The position numbers were made by a program, and so were the translations under genes. A stretch of 64,000 bases of DNA. Origin: Neovahlkampfia damariscottae. Its lineage: Eukaryota. The stretch is taken from positions 1-64,000 of the forward strand of contig JABLTG010000114.1 of the NCBI GenBank assembly GCA_016618085.1. The letters are read 5' to 3'. The notes under the pieces were generated by a model, which saw only the letters and a list, made by a program, of their open reading frames with translations, did no database searches and had not been told where the DNA came from. Below, piece by piece: positions 22,773 through 35,732 of the stretch (positions within the stretch are counted from its first letter, which is position 1; every line of letters begins with the position of its first letter).

Positions 22773-23792
22773 ATGAAGCTCCACATTGATGTTTGGAATA
22801 ATATTATTCCATACCTTGATCTTTCAACTCTCATAACATTTTTTCAACTCTCTACAAATTTATACAATTTATCCAACACTATAATACATTGGAAAGAGAG
22901 AATTGAAAATGAATTTCCAAAAAGTCAAATTAATTTTGAGACCTGTACCAAAATAGAAGATTTTATTATGTTATACAAGAATCTAAGTAAATATTCATTG
23001 ATTTAAAACAAATTTTTAGCACCAAATTTACTCACAAAATGGTCAATTCTGGGAACTTTTCAAGAAGGTGAAGATAATACAACTTACAAGTATTCAATAA
23101 ATTTGAAAGAATTAACTAAATATCAATTTCCAAACTCTTTATATCACAATATAAAATTATTTTCTGGAGAAACTTTTGATATTCCACAAGGTTGGCTTAC
23201 GGGATCAAAAGTCTATGGATGTCAAATTGGAAAGTAAATTTGATGAATTTATTATTAATTTTAAAGTATTATTTCATTTTATCAAGATTGGAAAAATCTA
23301 TTAACCAATACTATTGCCAAAGTGAAAGATAGAAAAATCATCAATGGAACATGGTCTGATACAACAAATTCAAGAGGTTATTATACATCTATAAGAATAG
23401 ATATATTGATTAAAACAAATAATATTAAAAATGAATTGTTGAATTCAATTGAAGTGATCAAGAATGATGATTTGACACTTTGTAATAGACAGTTGTTTAA
23501 TTGTCTATGGAAAGGAAGTTTTTTAAATCAAAGTGATTTTGAGATGAAACTTAAATATAGAAAGAGTGTTCATCATGTTTCGTTTATGGGTAATTGTACA
23601 TTCGAGAGTAACTCGTATCGTGTTATTGGAAATTTTCAATCAAATTGGATTTCCTTTATTTTGGTTGATTTTGATGAAGATGATATTTTTGTTGCTGCTT
23701 TAGGTGAATTAATAAACAATGGAGCTGGAATTCAAGGGGTTGTTTATGAAAAACAATCTCTGAAGGGTGATTTTCGATTGTCAAAAAAATAA
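22773..23792 (+). CDS. F-box protein
   Basis: LHIDVWNNIIPYLDLSTLITFFQLSTNLYNL; three exons. Confidence 0.65.
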
Positions 23793-23941
23793 AACTTGAA
23801 TTTTCAATGAAACTAACAATATCATAAAAAATACAAATAAATACTCAAAAGCATGATAATTCTCCAAAAAATTTTTTTTTCATTTGGATTTGTTCTCCAA
23901 TCATTTTTCACAATTTTTCAAATCTTTTCTTGACAAGACAA

Positions 23942-24433
23942 ATGGGCAAAAAAAAAGAAAAAAAGAAAAAATTAGAAGAAGAACAAGCAATTAAAGAAAT
24001 GAATTTAAATTTGGATGCTGATGTTTCTTTAGACAAAGAAGAAGATTTAATTGAAAAAGATATTGCAAATTGGATGAAGAAAAAAGCTGAAAAAGAACAA
24101 AAAAGACTTGAAGAATTAAAAGCAAAAATTACAATAGCAGGTGTAAAGAACACTGGAACTATAACTGATGAAGAAAAAATTTTCAACAGAATTGAATTAA
24201 AAACCAATTTTGATTTTTCAAAAATTGTGCAAATTTTAGTGTCAGAAGTTGAAGAAAGTCCAAAAAAAAATTATTTTTATGTCAATGTTATTTTATTAAC
24301 AAAATCACCAGTTTCAATTTTAGTACCATATTTATACGAAAAGAATGAAAAAAATGATTTAAAACATTGGACATTTGTAAATAATTCTTTAAAGCAATCT
24401 ACATTTTCAATTGATCAATTTCAAAATATATAA
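23942..24433 (+). CDS. Hypothetical protein
   Basis: ATG after CCAAT; 163-aa charged ORF. Confidence 0.55.
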   Translation: MGKKKEKKKKLEEEQAIKEMNLNLDADVSLDKEEDLIEKDIANWMKKKAEKEQKRLEELKAKITIAGVKNTGTITDEEKIFNRIELKTNFDFSKIVQILVSEVEESPKKNYFYVNVILLTKSPVSILVPYLYEKNEKNDLKHWTFVNNSLKQSTFSIDQFQNI

Positions 24434-24441
24434 ATGAATTA

Positions 24442-27259
24442 TTAGTTTTTAAATATTTTTTTCATTTCTTTTAAATGTATTTCGTTTTGTTTAGGAAGAT
24501 ATTTTTGAATATTCAAAAGAGTATTTTCAAACATTTTCAATTGGGTTAAAAATTCATCCATGTTCTCATTGGTGAATTCATTTTCAATTTCAAATGATAA
24601 ATAGATTAAACCCTTTTCATAACATATATTGATATGTTTATATATTGTTTTTATTGAAATAATGAACGAAAATTCTAATGGATTCATTGGATCCACAATA
24701 TCTTCATTGAATTCCACTTCTTGATTAAAAACTGAAGTTAAATAAGTAAAAGCTGGAATTGAATTAAATTCATCTGTTGATTTTCTTCTACTTTTATTTG
24801 AGAATTTTATTGGAGGTGTTGTAGGTAATGAAGAATTCCTTGGAGAAAAATAACCCCAAAATTTTGATGAAGTTGTTTCTAATTTTGAATCTTGTAAAGT
24901 ATCATTTAGAGTTGAAATTGAACTCTTTGAATTATTCAAACTCGCATATAAATCTAACAAAGAATTTGTCAAATTCAATTCAACCAGGCATTTGTCAATG
25001 AAATTCAAACGAATTTTCAAATTTTCGATTTTTGAATTTTTAGAATTTTCAATGTATTTTTTAGATACCAATGGGTATGATTCTTTTAATATATCGCTAT
25101 TTTTTTTCGTTTTTTTGTAGATTTCATCTATTTGTTTTGATGTAATTTTCTTTGAATGAATCAAATCTTTGTACTCTCTTATTTTTAAATTATTCAAAGA
25201 TTTAACAAATTTAGTGAATGAAGATTCAATATCTGATAAAAATGTTCCTTTTAAAGATCTATTTCCACCTTCAATAAAGTTTACAGTTTCAAAAATATCT
25301 AAATCAGTTGAATTCTTCACTAAATTTGGTAAGATATCATTTAAACTTTTGATTTTATTCAAATTGGATGAATTTATTGTATATCTGTAAAAATTTAATC
25401 GAAATTCTGAAAAATGAAAAAGTTTTTCATTCTCCCAATTTTCTGTTTCAAGTTCAATTTTTAACTTATTTTCAACAAATTTTTTGAATGATTTTTCATT
25501 TTCTTCCTTTAAAATATGATTTGGAGATGAAATATTTCTTGAATTTGATAAAAAAGGAATTTCATCTATTTTTGATTCCATTTTTAAAATCCAACGATTT
25601 TGTGTGAAATTACCATTGTAATCAACAAAACAAACGCAATGAGAACATTTATCCTGATTCTTCTTCAAAAATTCATCCCATAATTTTTGATACATCATCT
25701 CAATTTCAAAGATTTCTTCAAATTTTAGCTTTGAATTTTTTTTCTTTTTTTGAAGATTAGAATACATTTCTTTCAATAATTCTAATTCTCTTTCCATCTT
25801 TTCATTTTCTTCCTCTTCATTATATTTTTGTAAAATCAAGTATAAACGATTCAAATGATTGTTATAACGAGGGTTTCGCATTACAATTGTTAAATTTCTC
25901 AAAATATACGTTATTGTTTGAGATAAATCATATTTTAATTTTGTATATTCATTTTTTGTTATTGATTTTGATAATAAATCTTGAATTTTTGGATCAATAC
26001 CATTTTCTTCTTTTTCTTCTTTTTCAAAACTTGGAGTGTTAAAAAGTTCCAATTTTAATTTTTCTTTTGGTCTTTCTTTAGGTGGTGTAACAGCAATTTG
26101 AGGTATTGGTTCACTAGTTTGTTCCAAATTTCGACTCAGTACCTCTTCTTTCATCAAACAAAAATTCTTCCTTCCAACCAATAAAAAAACATCCAGATTT
26201 GACACGAAATTTTTATTTCAATTTTAATAATTAATTTTTTAATTATTACATTATAGATTTTTGAATGCAATCTTCGATTTGTTCCAATCTTAAATCAACA
26301 TTTGAGTAATCGACAGATAAACTCTTCACATAAGCTTCAATGAAAATATCTGAAACTTGATTTTCCATGGCTTTCATTAAGTCTTCTAAACCATCACCTT
26401 CATTTTCTTCGTCGAATAATAATACCACATTTCCAGTGAGACCATTACTTTCAATGATATCAAACCAAGTTTTCATGTAATCATCAGTGCTTTCATCACA
26501 TAAAATGATGAAAGAATGATTTTTTATGGAAGCATACTTGCTGTTTAAAAAATGTTAAATTTTGTTGTTAAAAACTTACGTTGAAAGAATGTGCAATTGT
26601 TCGGAGTTTGTTATGTTGGAGATTTGTATTTTTGTACTTTCCATTCTTGATCTAACATTGATTTCATGAAGTAAACCAAGTTTTTTTTTCTTTTTTTGTT
26701 CATTTTCTTCTTCATCTTCTTCATCTTCATCAAATGTTTCCAAAGCATCTAATCTATGCAAAAAAGCAAAAACTTCTTGAAATTTCTTTTGATTTTTCGT
26801 TGATCCAATTATCGTTAAGGCTAATTCAAAGTTAAAGATTTCTTCTTCTTCTTTTGGTTCTTCTTGGATGTAATGATCGTTTTTTTGAATTTTTTCTTTC
26901 GTTATTGTGGCTAATTGTTTCATTCTGCCCATCACTGTTGTAGGTGATCTTGAACCATGACTTTTTGAATCAGAAGAAACTGGACTTTTTCTGCCACCTG
27001 ATCCTCCTCTTGGTGATCTCGAACCTGTTGATCTTGGTGAACCTAAAGAAAACATTGACTTGAAAGAATCTAAATGTGGTAGTTCAGTTGATAATCTTCT
27101 TGTTTTCTTTTTTTTTTTGCTGTCTGTGGATGCTTGAGAAATATTATCCTCAGAAGTGATGGAGTCTGAGCTGGATTTTCTTTGTATTGTTGGTATATCA
27201 TGTTGATGTCCAAGTGAACGTCTTTTTGACTTCTGTAGATTTCTTTTGATGAAACTCAT
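24442..27259 (-). CDS. Large hypothetical protein with Ser-rich N-terminus
   Basis: ORFs 26576-27259, 26246-26476 and 24442-26205 join via short introns. Confidence 0.6.
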
Positions 27260-27557
27260 TCCTCAATCTTGTGCTCAGTTTGGTGTTGTTACAAAACGAA
27301 TTGTAATTGGAATGGAAATGGAAACAGTTATCCAATAAAAATGATCCAATGTCAAATATCAACCAAAACCAGAGAACTTTATCACTAAAATAGTCACTTT
27401 TACCTTCCAATCTTGAAAATATGGCAAAGAAAATCCAAAGAAGAATTATACAGTGGAAAGTTTTGTTCGATTTTATTATATTAGAAAATTGAAGCCCAAT
27501 TTTTAACTCTTCAACTTCAATCTCTTCACGATAATTCAAATTGTGAGGATCAAAAAT

Positions 27558-28700
27558 TTATTCTTTGACATCTTTCGGAAATTTTGAATTTCGAGGTACT
27601 GGTTGTTTTTGAAAAGTAAAACTTGGAGTAAAACCTTTGTTAACACCCATCGGAAATATCTTGGGTGGCTGTGAACTTGGATAAATTGGTGTTGGGTTTA
27701 ATTGTTCGCCCTGCTTTACGGTTTGAAATGTATGAAATGATGAATGGAATTGATATCTATTTCCAATACAAAATTGACAAAGATCATAATCAGGACATGT
27801 TTGACATTTGTATCTTTTACCAGAAAAATCCTCAGTTTTGCAATTATCACAAGTAATTCCATAATGAACTTCTAAGTCTTGTGGTTGTTTGAATATTGGT
27901 TCTATTGGATCAACAGGTCTGTAAATTGGTTTTTTAGTTTGTGTTGGTTTTATGATCTAAAAAAAAACATAAATATTCATAATAGTTGAATTACAATTTT
28001 GAATGGATGATTTTTTGTATGAAAAGAAGATCTTTTGTCGAAGCAATCTGAACATAAATCATAATCAGAACATGATGTACATTGGTATCTTTTACCTTTG
28101 AAGTTTTGTTTTCCACAATAATCACATTGGATTCCTTCATGAGATTCACCAATTTCTTCTTCTATTTTTTTTGGTTGGTGATTTATTGTTACAATTTCTG
28201 GTTTTTCAATTTTTTTGAAAAGGTGATTAGAATGTAGTTGATGTTTTTTATCATAGCATAATTGGCATAAGTCATAATCCGGACATTGAACACATTTAAA
28301 ACGAATTCCAATGATTGGATTTGCTTGACATCCATCACAACCAAAATTTGTATGAATTGGATCGTTTTTAGATTCTTTCTTGGTTTTTTCAACTAAAAGA
28401 ATTAAGAAAGGATTAGATTTACGTACATTCAATTTTTAAAGTCAAAGTATTTCCTGAGGTGAAATCAAATGCATGAGTTAAGTCTTCTTGAGTGTCTAAA
28501 TTCACCCAGTCATCATCTAAGTCTCTGTAATATACTTTATATGGTTGATTTGTGAGTGATTTTTCGTCTATTTGTTGTAAAGACTCTTTGACGAGTTTAT
28601 CATAATAAGTTGGGTAATCAACTTTGAATCTTTTGATTTCTCCATTACTGAATATAACTTTCACAGCAAGTTGTTTGGGTTGAAATGAAAACATGGACAT
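27558..28700 (-). CDS. PB1 + three ZZ zinc fingers (p62/NBR1-like)
   Basis: PB1 (EIKRFKV...YRDLDDDWVNLDTQEDL); ZZ fingers HTNFGCDGC, HEGIQCDYC and HYGITCDNC, each with YDLC. Confidence 0.85.
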
Positions 28701-28872
28701 GGTTTTTTATTTTTGTTTTTGCAACCAGGAAAGTTCGTTTTATAGATAACCAATCAGAATGAAAAGAAAAAAGAAAAACTAAAAATAGTTCAAGCCTTAT
28801 TTTTATGTGCACAGTCCTGTATTGCTCCTTAAAGTTGTTGCATTTTATTGGTTTTTAATTGGTTGTTTAAGT

Positions 28873-29782
28873 ATGCAGAATTTTCAACGTTACAGATTTC
28901 TTTTTCAGTACTGTGGAGATTCTTATTTTGGTTTTCAAAAACAACAAATGGATGTAAAAACAATACAAGGAACACTAGAAGTATAAAAAATTCTTTTAAT
29001 TTTTCAAGAAAGTTTTTAACAAATTAACAACAACTCCAATTCAAGTTAGAGGAGCTTCAAAAACTGATAAAGGAGTGCATGCAATTCAAAATATAGCACA
29101 AGTTGATTTACCACCCAGATTTAACCGCCATACTCAAGAATATGTAACATTTTTTTCAATTTTCATTATTTATTAGAAAGAACATTTTGATGAGAAAACC
29201 TTGATGGCTTCTTTAAATTCAATGTTAAGGAGTGAAGATATTTTAATTACCAAAGTTGATAAAGTTGATGACACATACAATGTGAAAGATACCTTCGAAA
29301 GAACATATATTTATAAAGTTATTCAGATAGAGAATGAAATACCATTATTGAAAAATCGTTATTGGTTTATAACACCAAGATTAGAAATTAATATCGAGAA
29401 AATACGAGAATCTTTGGAATATTTTAAAGGAATTCATAACTTTACTGCTTTTTCTTCATTTAATAAGAGCAATATCAATAAAAATCCAATTCGAGAAATT
29501 TTAGAAATAGAATTCAATGAATTTGATGCCAGTGAATATTTAAATCATGCTCAAAAGATTAAAGAATATCAACTACGTGTAAAAGGATCATCTTTTATGT
29601 ATCACCAGATTAGAATTATGATGGGATTTTTAATGAAAGTTGGAACAAAAAAATATAAACCTGAAGAGACTAAATTCTTATTGGAATCATGTGAGCGTCA
29701 TTTGAGGATAAATTCAGGAATGGCACCTCCAGAAGGTTTATATTTGACGAATGTTAGAGATGGATACGGAGAGGAAACATAG
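28873..29782 (+). CDS. TruA-family tRNA pseudouridine synthase
   Basis: YCGDSYFGFQKQ, GASKTDKGVHA, GSSFMYHQIRIMMG, APPEGLYL. Confidence 0.9.
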
Positions 29783-30062
29783 ATGCCCTCATTATTGAAA
29801 TTATGCAATGAATTTCTTTTGAATTTTTGATATTTTCTTAGTTTTTTTATCTTTTTCTTTAGTCTATTGGTAAAAATGACAATCAGAAATTGAGGATATA
29901 AATAGAAGGTTCGAAAAAAATTTTGGATAAATCTTTTGGTCAGAAACAAATGGACACTCTTTGGTTATTTTGCCAAGAAGTATGTAGTTCATTCACTCTT
30001 TGGGAAATTGAATAAAAAATCAACCAATCAAATTCTGTTCTATTTTAGTCAACAAAAAAACG

Positions 30063-30808
30063 ATGGAGAAGTTCATTAAATGTGTTGTTGTTGGTGATGG
30101 TGCTGTTGGAAAAACTTGTAACATTTTAAAATCAAAAACTAAAAAAACTCTTCAAAGGTATGTTGATAGCCTACAGTCAAGACAAATTTCCAGAAGATTA
30201 TGTTCCAACGTAAGACAAAAGAAATTTTTTTAATCAAAATTTTACCAGAGTTTTTGACAAGTATTTTATGCCTTTTTTTATTTAAAAACTTTTTTTTAGT
30301 TTCAACCGAAATTGTATTTACAAAGATAAAACATTGACACTTGGTTTATGGTTTGTCTTTTTTTTTTTACTTAATTTTTTATAGGGATACAGCTGGACAG
30401 GAAGAATATAATGCATTAAGACCACTTTCTTACCCAGATACTCAATGTTTTATTGCAGCTTTTTCATTAGTCCTTCCTTCTTCTTTTAAAAATATAAAAA
30501 CAAAATGGTTACCTGAAGTACGTCAACATTGTCCAGATATACCTATTCTTTTGGTTGGTACCAAATTAGATATGAGAACAGACCCAAAAGAAGTTGAAAA
30601 GTTATCAGAACCACCTTTAAAATATGAACAAGGTGTTGCTCTTGCTGATGAGTTAGGATTTATAGGATACAAAGAATGTTCTGCAAAAACAAGAGAAGGT
30701 TTGAAAGAAGTATTTGAAACTGTAATTGACGCAGTTATGGAAAAAGAAAAACAAGACAGAGAAAATGCTCCTCCTCCAAGATCTGAGAAAAAATGTATCA
30801 TTTCTTAA
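30063..30808 (+). CDS. Rac/Rho-family small GTPase
   Basis: KCVVVGDGAVGKTC, YVPTVFDN (12-nt exon 30249-30260), WDTAGQEEY, TKLD, CSAK, CaaX CIIS. Confidence 0.95.
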
Positions 30809-30887
30809 AATATTTTGAATATAAAATTTTCAAAATTTTTATTTTATTATTTTTATCTCATTGGTCAAAATCAAAAGAGAGAGCAAC

Positions 30888-31552
30888 ATGGGTTTTGATG
30901 TAAGTAATGCTCATCAATTTTTTTAGTCAAAAAACTATAGACTGTACAATTTGTTGAACCACCTATCAGCTTTGTATTCTGTGGTATTTGTAAAGACGTT
31001 TTCAAAGATTGCTATAAAACTCCATGCGCGCATCGTTTTTGTTCAGATTGCCTTACAGGATGTCTTTTAGTATCTGATCAATGTCCTTATTGTAGAAGTG
31101 AAATAGATCCGGCATTATGTACAAAAGATATAACTGTAAATGAAATGATATCTTCCTTGGTTGTTTTTTGTAAAAATAAAGACAAAAAATGTCACTGGGA
31201 AGGTCAATTATGTGATTTAGATATTCATTTAAATAAATGTCCAGTTGATTTAATCAAATGTCCAGTACCAGGTTGCTCAAAGATGGTTTAAAAAAATATT
31301 TTTTTTATTGATCAACCACCCTAGGTCAAAAAATGTAAATTAGATGAACACTTAACACAAGATGCTCCATTTCATACAAAATTACTCTGTCAAAAAATTC
31401 AAATTTTAAATCAAAAAATTAAATTCCTTGAAAGTTGTTGCCTTCAAGACGAAGATTCTGATGAAGGAATTGAAGAAGTTGATGATGAAATTGTTTTTTC
31501 AAATCCAATTCCGAAATCAAAAAAATCAATAATTCGTAAAATTGTGTTGTAA
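30888..31552 (+). CDS. RING + TRAF-type zinc-finger protein
   Basis: Spliced: FCGICKDVFKDCYKTPCAHRFCSDCL...QCPYCR...CKNKDKKCHWEGQLCDLDIHLNKC. Confidence 0.85.
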
Positions 31553-31606
31553 AAATAAAATCAATTTTTTCTTTTAGAACCCCCCAATCATTTCAAATCT
31601 TCACTG

Positions 31607-32161
31607 ATGGAGGAAACACTACCAAATGAACTTTTATTGGAAATTTTTTCTTTTTTAGATTCCCAAGATTTGATTAAAACTTCAGAAGTCTGCAAAAAAT
31701 GGTCTATTTTGTCAAAAAGTAATTTATTGTGGACCGATGTTTTAGTCAAAAATCAACTTTTGCTTTATCCTGTGAAAATCAATAATTTTTCCAAAGAATA
31801 TTTTGAAGATTATTCAAAGTATAAAGAAGAAAATAACTGGATTGAAAGAAAACTTCAAGCTTCTGCGATATCTGGGGCATCATTCATTTTTTTGCTGAAA
31901 CTTTGTGCCAGAATGAGAAGAGAAGAAGAAGATTCTCTGGATTATATTGACGATTATGATGATAATGAATTTGGTTATATCGATTTAATATTGAATTTCG
32001 TTCCAATTCAAGCTGTATATTATTTAAATTTGATTACCCTCATTGTTTGGATTTTGAGTTTATTGATTCTATTACCAAATTCAAAAAGATTCATAAGACT
32101 AAGATATTATATCAAAAAATTATTAAATTCTGTTTCATCAAAAATAATTCAATTAATATAA
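31607..32161 (+). CDS. F-box protein with hydrophobic C-terminal segments
   Basis: LPNELLLEIFSFLDSQDLIKTSEVCKKW. Confidence 0.8.
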   Translation: MEETLPNELLLEIFSFLDSQDLIKTSEVCKKWSILSKSNLLWTDVLVKNQLLLYPVKINNFSKEYFEDYSKYKEENNWIERKLQASAISGASFIFLLKLCARMRREEEDSLDYIDDYDDNEFGYIDLILNFVPIQAVYYLNLITLIVWILSLLILLPNSKRFIRLRYYIKKLLNSVSSKIIQLI

Positions 32162-32205
32162 TTAAACTTATTTTTTTTCATTGGTCAGAGTCTGTTACAA
32201 TAAAA

Positions 32206-33260
32206 ATGTTTGTAGTGGGACAAAATTCATTTCAGCAACTAGATGAAAATTCAAGTTTGACTATTGAACAAATTAAAAAAATTGATTTTGATGAAAAAAT
32301 TCAACAAATTTGTTTGAACTGGTCACAACAAATAATTTTAACACAAGAAGGAAAAATAATCATCAAAGGATTGAATAAAGAAAAAAATTTAAAGACTCAA
32401 ATAAAAACAAAAGAATTCTTCATCTCAATCTCAACAAGTTTTTCTTATACTGCAGCAATTTCGAAAACAAAAAAATTATTTTTATGGAAAAATTACAACT
32501 TTGAAGAACGAAAAGAAATTCAAACAAAAGAAGAAGTTAAGCAAGTATCACTAGCCGATGATTATATTTTGTTTTTAACGGAAACTGGAAATGTTTTTTA
32601 TTCAACTTTTGAAGATGAAAATTTTGTTCAATTGAAAGGAGATGCAGAAAATGTAAAAATACGAAACATTACATCAGGATCTGCACATTCAATTTTTATT
32701 GATGAAAAAGGAGATTCTTACTCCTTTGGTTGGAATGGGTACGGTCAATGTTCATTTGATTCAAATTTTCAATTCATCGATTTACCTGTGAAAATTGATT
32801 TGTTGGAAAATATTAGAAAGGTGTCATGTGGTTCACATCACACTCTCTTTTTGACTGGTAAGTCATTTCTTTTCATAATTGATAAAAAACAATTCAGAAG
32901 GTGGAGACTTGTATGCCTGTGGTGATAATAAAGAGCATCAGGTAATTAAATTTATTTTAACATTTTGATAAGCTAGGAATTGAAGAATCTAGCTGTAGTA
33001 CTCCTGTTTTAGTTGAAACTTGTTTGCTCAATGGAAAATCTGTTGAATTGGAGAATGTGGTTGATGTGGCATGTGGAATTGATCACTCAGTTGTCATTGC
33101 ACATATTGATAATGATTTCTATTGCTTAGTCAGCGGTAATATTCCGAGAAGCGATTGCATTGGACAAGAAGTTGACAAACAATTTTGGAACATTTCATTT
33201 GTGAGTTCATCACTGAAATTTTCTGTTTCTTGTGGTGTGTGGAATATTGTATTTTTTTGA
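32206..33260 (+). CDS. RCC1-repeat protein
   Basis: ITSGSAHSIF, YSFGWNGYGQC, VSCGSHHTLFL, VACGIDHSVV. Confidence 0.85.
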
Positions 33261-33371
33261 AAAAAAAAAACAATATTTAAAAATGGAATTGCTGGATTAG
33301 GTCAACAAATCAGCTTATTGATTTAAAAAAGGAATTCATTGGTCAATTGCTACACCCTCAGTAAACTAAAA

Positions 33372-33862
33372 ATGAAAAAAGAAGAACTTCTTGAGTATTC
33401 AATTTACCCGAAACCGGTTGCAGCCTCATTGATGAACTTGACCATAGAGGAACTTACTGATATTTGTAAGTCTTTCGGTAAGACTTGTTCTCTTTTTTAA
33501 CTCACTACCAAGACATTCCAAGATGGCCTTATCACGCAAATAGAAAATTAGTATGGCATTCATCATCAAAAACATCTTCACCGTTTTCTACACTTTCTTT
33601 GGAGAACACAACAATGGAAAAACTGACAAAAGGAAAAACACCAACCAAATCAAATGAAGCACCAAAAACAGGATTCTACGTCATTCAAAATGAAGAAACG
33701 GTGAAGAAAATAAAGAGAAAACATGAAAACACGGAAGATAAACCTTCATTGCCTTCGTTTAGTGATTTGGTTAAACAACTTGATGTGAATGAGAAGTCAA
33801 ACAAACCAGATGACTTCAAAAGATTTAAAAGTATGGGCCACCCATTTGTATCAAACAAGTAA
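33372..33862 (+). CDS. Hypothetical protein
   Basis: ATG 33372, one intron, ORF ending 33862. Confidence 0.5.
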
Positions 33863-34058
33863 AACTTATTTATTGGAATTCTGTTATTATTTCTTTATTT
33901 CTGTATTATGCGAAATAGGAAAGAAAGTCGACATTTTTAGAAATTAGGTAATTTTCTTTCCTATTTAAAATGTCAACCCTAAAACAAATCTGAAAATAGT
34001 CAAATTAAGAAATATTTATTTTAAAGGGGAAATATAAGATTGAATTAAGGAATTGAAT

Positions 34059-34741
34059 TTATTCAATTTTATTCTCTAATTTATTTGCATATTTTGCCAA
34101 AATATCACCATGGCATGCCTCTGGCGAACAATAACATGCAATCACCTTTCCTTTCAATTCATGTAAATCAGCCATCAAATCTTTATTTCCCAATAAATAC
34201 TCCTCAAATTTTTCAATTACATCTGAACGTGACATTCCTTCTTTTCCAATCACAAATGGATTACCCCATTTACTTGGCCTACCAATAAAAACATCATAAC
34301 TCGATTTTTTACAATGAACAACAGTAGTTTGACCATTCTTCAATGAAGTTTGTAAAATGGTTGTATTTGAAATTGGTTTATTTTCTAAAATTCTTTCAAT
34401 TTTTTTTTTCGCCAAAGCAATGGAATTTTTTCCTCCTTTAATAACTAGCAATTTCTGTTTATTTTTTCATTTTTTTTTTTACCAATTTCTCCTGATTTTG
34501 ATTTTTTGTCAGGTATTATAATTTTTGTGTTTGTATCATTTTCAATCTTTGATTTAGTCGCTCCTTGTTTTCCAATAATAAATTTTACAAAGTCAACTTC
34601 AATGTTGACTTTTTCTTCAAAAATTTCTTCTTCAGAAAGTTGTTCATTTTGTATCATATTTTCCTCATCGTGTTCCAAAATTTTCTTTGTTGATTTTCTG
34701 TATGTTTTACCACCAACTTTTATCAAAATTGTGTCTTCCAT
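34059..34741 (-). CDS. KH domain (ASCC1-like N-terminus) fused to DUF4326
   Basis: FIIGKQGATKSKIENDT (KH GxxG); VVHCKK..YDVFIGRPSKWGNPF...LKGKVIACYCSPEACHGDIL; one intron. Confidence 0.85.
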
Positions 34742-34839
34742 GTTAAGTATAATTAACCAATCAGTAGTTGTTTAAAAATAAATAAATTCAACCAATAAAC
34801 ACAGAAACTTTTTCAACAAACTTCAAACGAACATAAAAC

Positions 34840-35724
34840 ATGTCTTTGAAATTTTTAAATTTAAAATCATTTCACCCAACCAATAAAGCCAATCAAAGAG
34901 CTCTATATATTGCAGAAGAAACTGCAAAAGAAAACAAAAAAAAAGAAGAAGAAGCTGTAAAAGAATTTGAAGCTGAAAATGAATCTTTCAAAGAAAAGAT
35001 ACAAATGGAAGATGATAAACAAAGATCACTTCAAAATTTACAAAACTTTAGAAGAAAACAAGAAAGAATACAAGCAGAAAGAGAAACAGCACTTTTAAAT
35101 CCAGACTATAAACCACCTAAAAAAAAAAGAAGAAAAAAAAAAGAAAAAGAAGTTTCTAAACAATTATCATTTTTATATGTACAACCACCTGGTTTAAAAG
35201 CAGCTCTTGAAAAAGAAGAAGAAGAAAAAAAATCAAAAGAAGCTGTTGTTGATAACACAGTTCATGATGAAAAGAAACAACCAAAATCACTTGAAGAAAA
35301 ATTTCCACTTTTAAAAAATGCACCAAAATTAAGAAATTCAAGTGGTATTTCCCAAACAGCAGGAAGTGGTTCAAAAATAACGTATAAACCATTTGGTATT
35401 GAAATTCGTAATGTAAAATGTACAAGATGTGGACAATTTGGACATACTTCAATGGAAAGAACTTGTCCTCTTCATGATTATAATCCATTAGATGCTAAAA
35501 GAAGAGAACTTGAAGATCCACTTTCAAATTTGAATAAATCAAATGATTTACAAAATATATCATCAATTGATGATACTTCTAAATTAATTCCAAGTGATGA
35601 TGAAAAAGTTGAAGTTGATGAAACAGGTCTTTCAGAAAAAGAAAGAAAAAAATTATTAAAAAAATATGAAAAATTAAAAAAGAAATTGAAAAGAAAAGAA
35701 AGAGAAGATGAAAAAGATGAATAA
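34840..35724 (+). CDS. CIR1/RP9-like splicing-associated protein with zinc knuckle
   Basis: FLNLKSFHPTNKANQ (Cir_N), SFLYVQPPG, PFGIEIRNVKCTRCGQFGH. Confidence 0.8.
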   Translation: MSLKFLNLKSFHPTNKANQRALYIAEETAKENKKKEEEAVKEFEAENESFKEKIQMEDDKQRSLQNLQNFRRKQERIQAERETALLNPDYKPPKKKRRKKKEKEVSKQLSFLYVQPPGLKAALEKEEEEKKSKEAVVDNTVHDEKKQPKSLEEKFPLLKNAPKLRNSSGISQTAGSGSKITYKPFGIEIRNVKCTRCGQFGHTSMERTCPLHDYNPLDAKRRELEDPLSNLNKSNDLQNISSIDDTSKLIPSDDEKVEVDETGLSEKERKKLLKKYEKLKKKLKRKEREDEKDE

Positions 35725-35732
35725 ATATCTTT

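Noticed and set aside
27198..27539. 113-aa minus-strand ORF upstream of the 27259 gene
   Set aside because: Non-ATG start, overlaps the next gene, covers a CCAAT-rich promoter region, no motif
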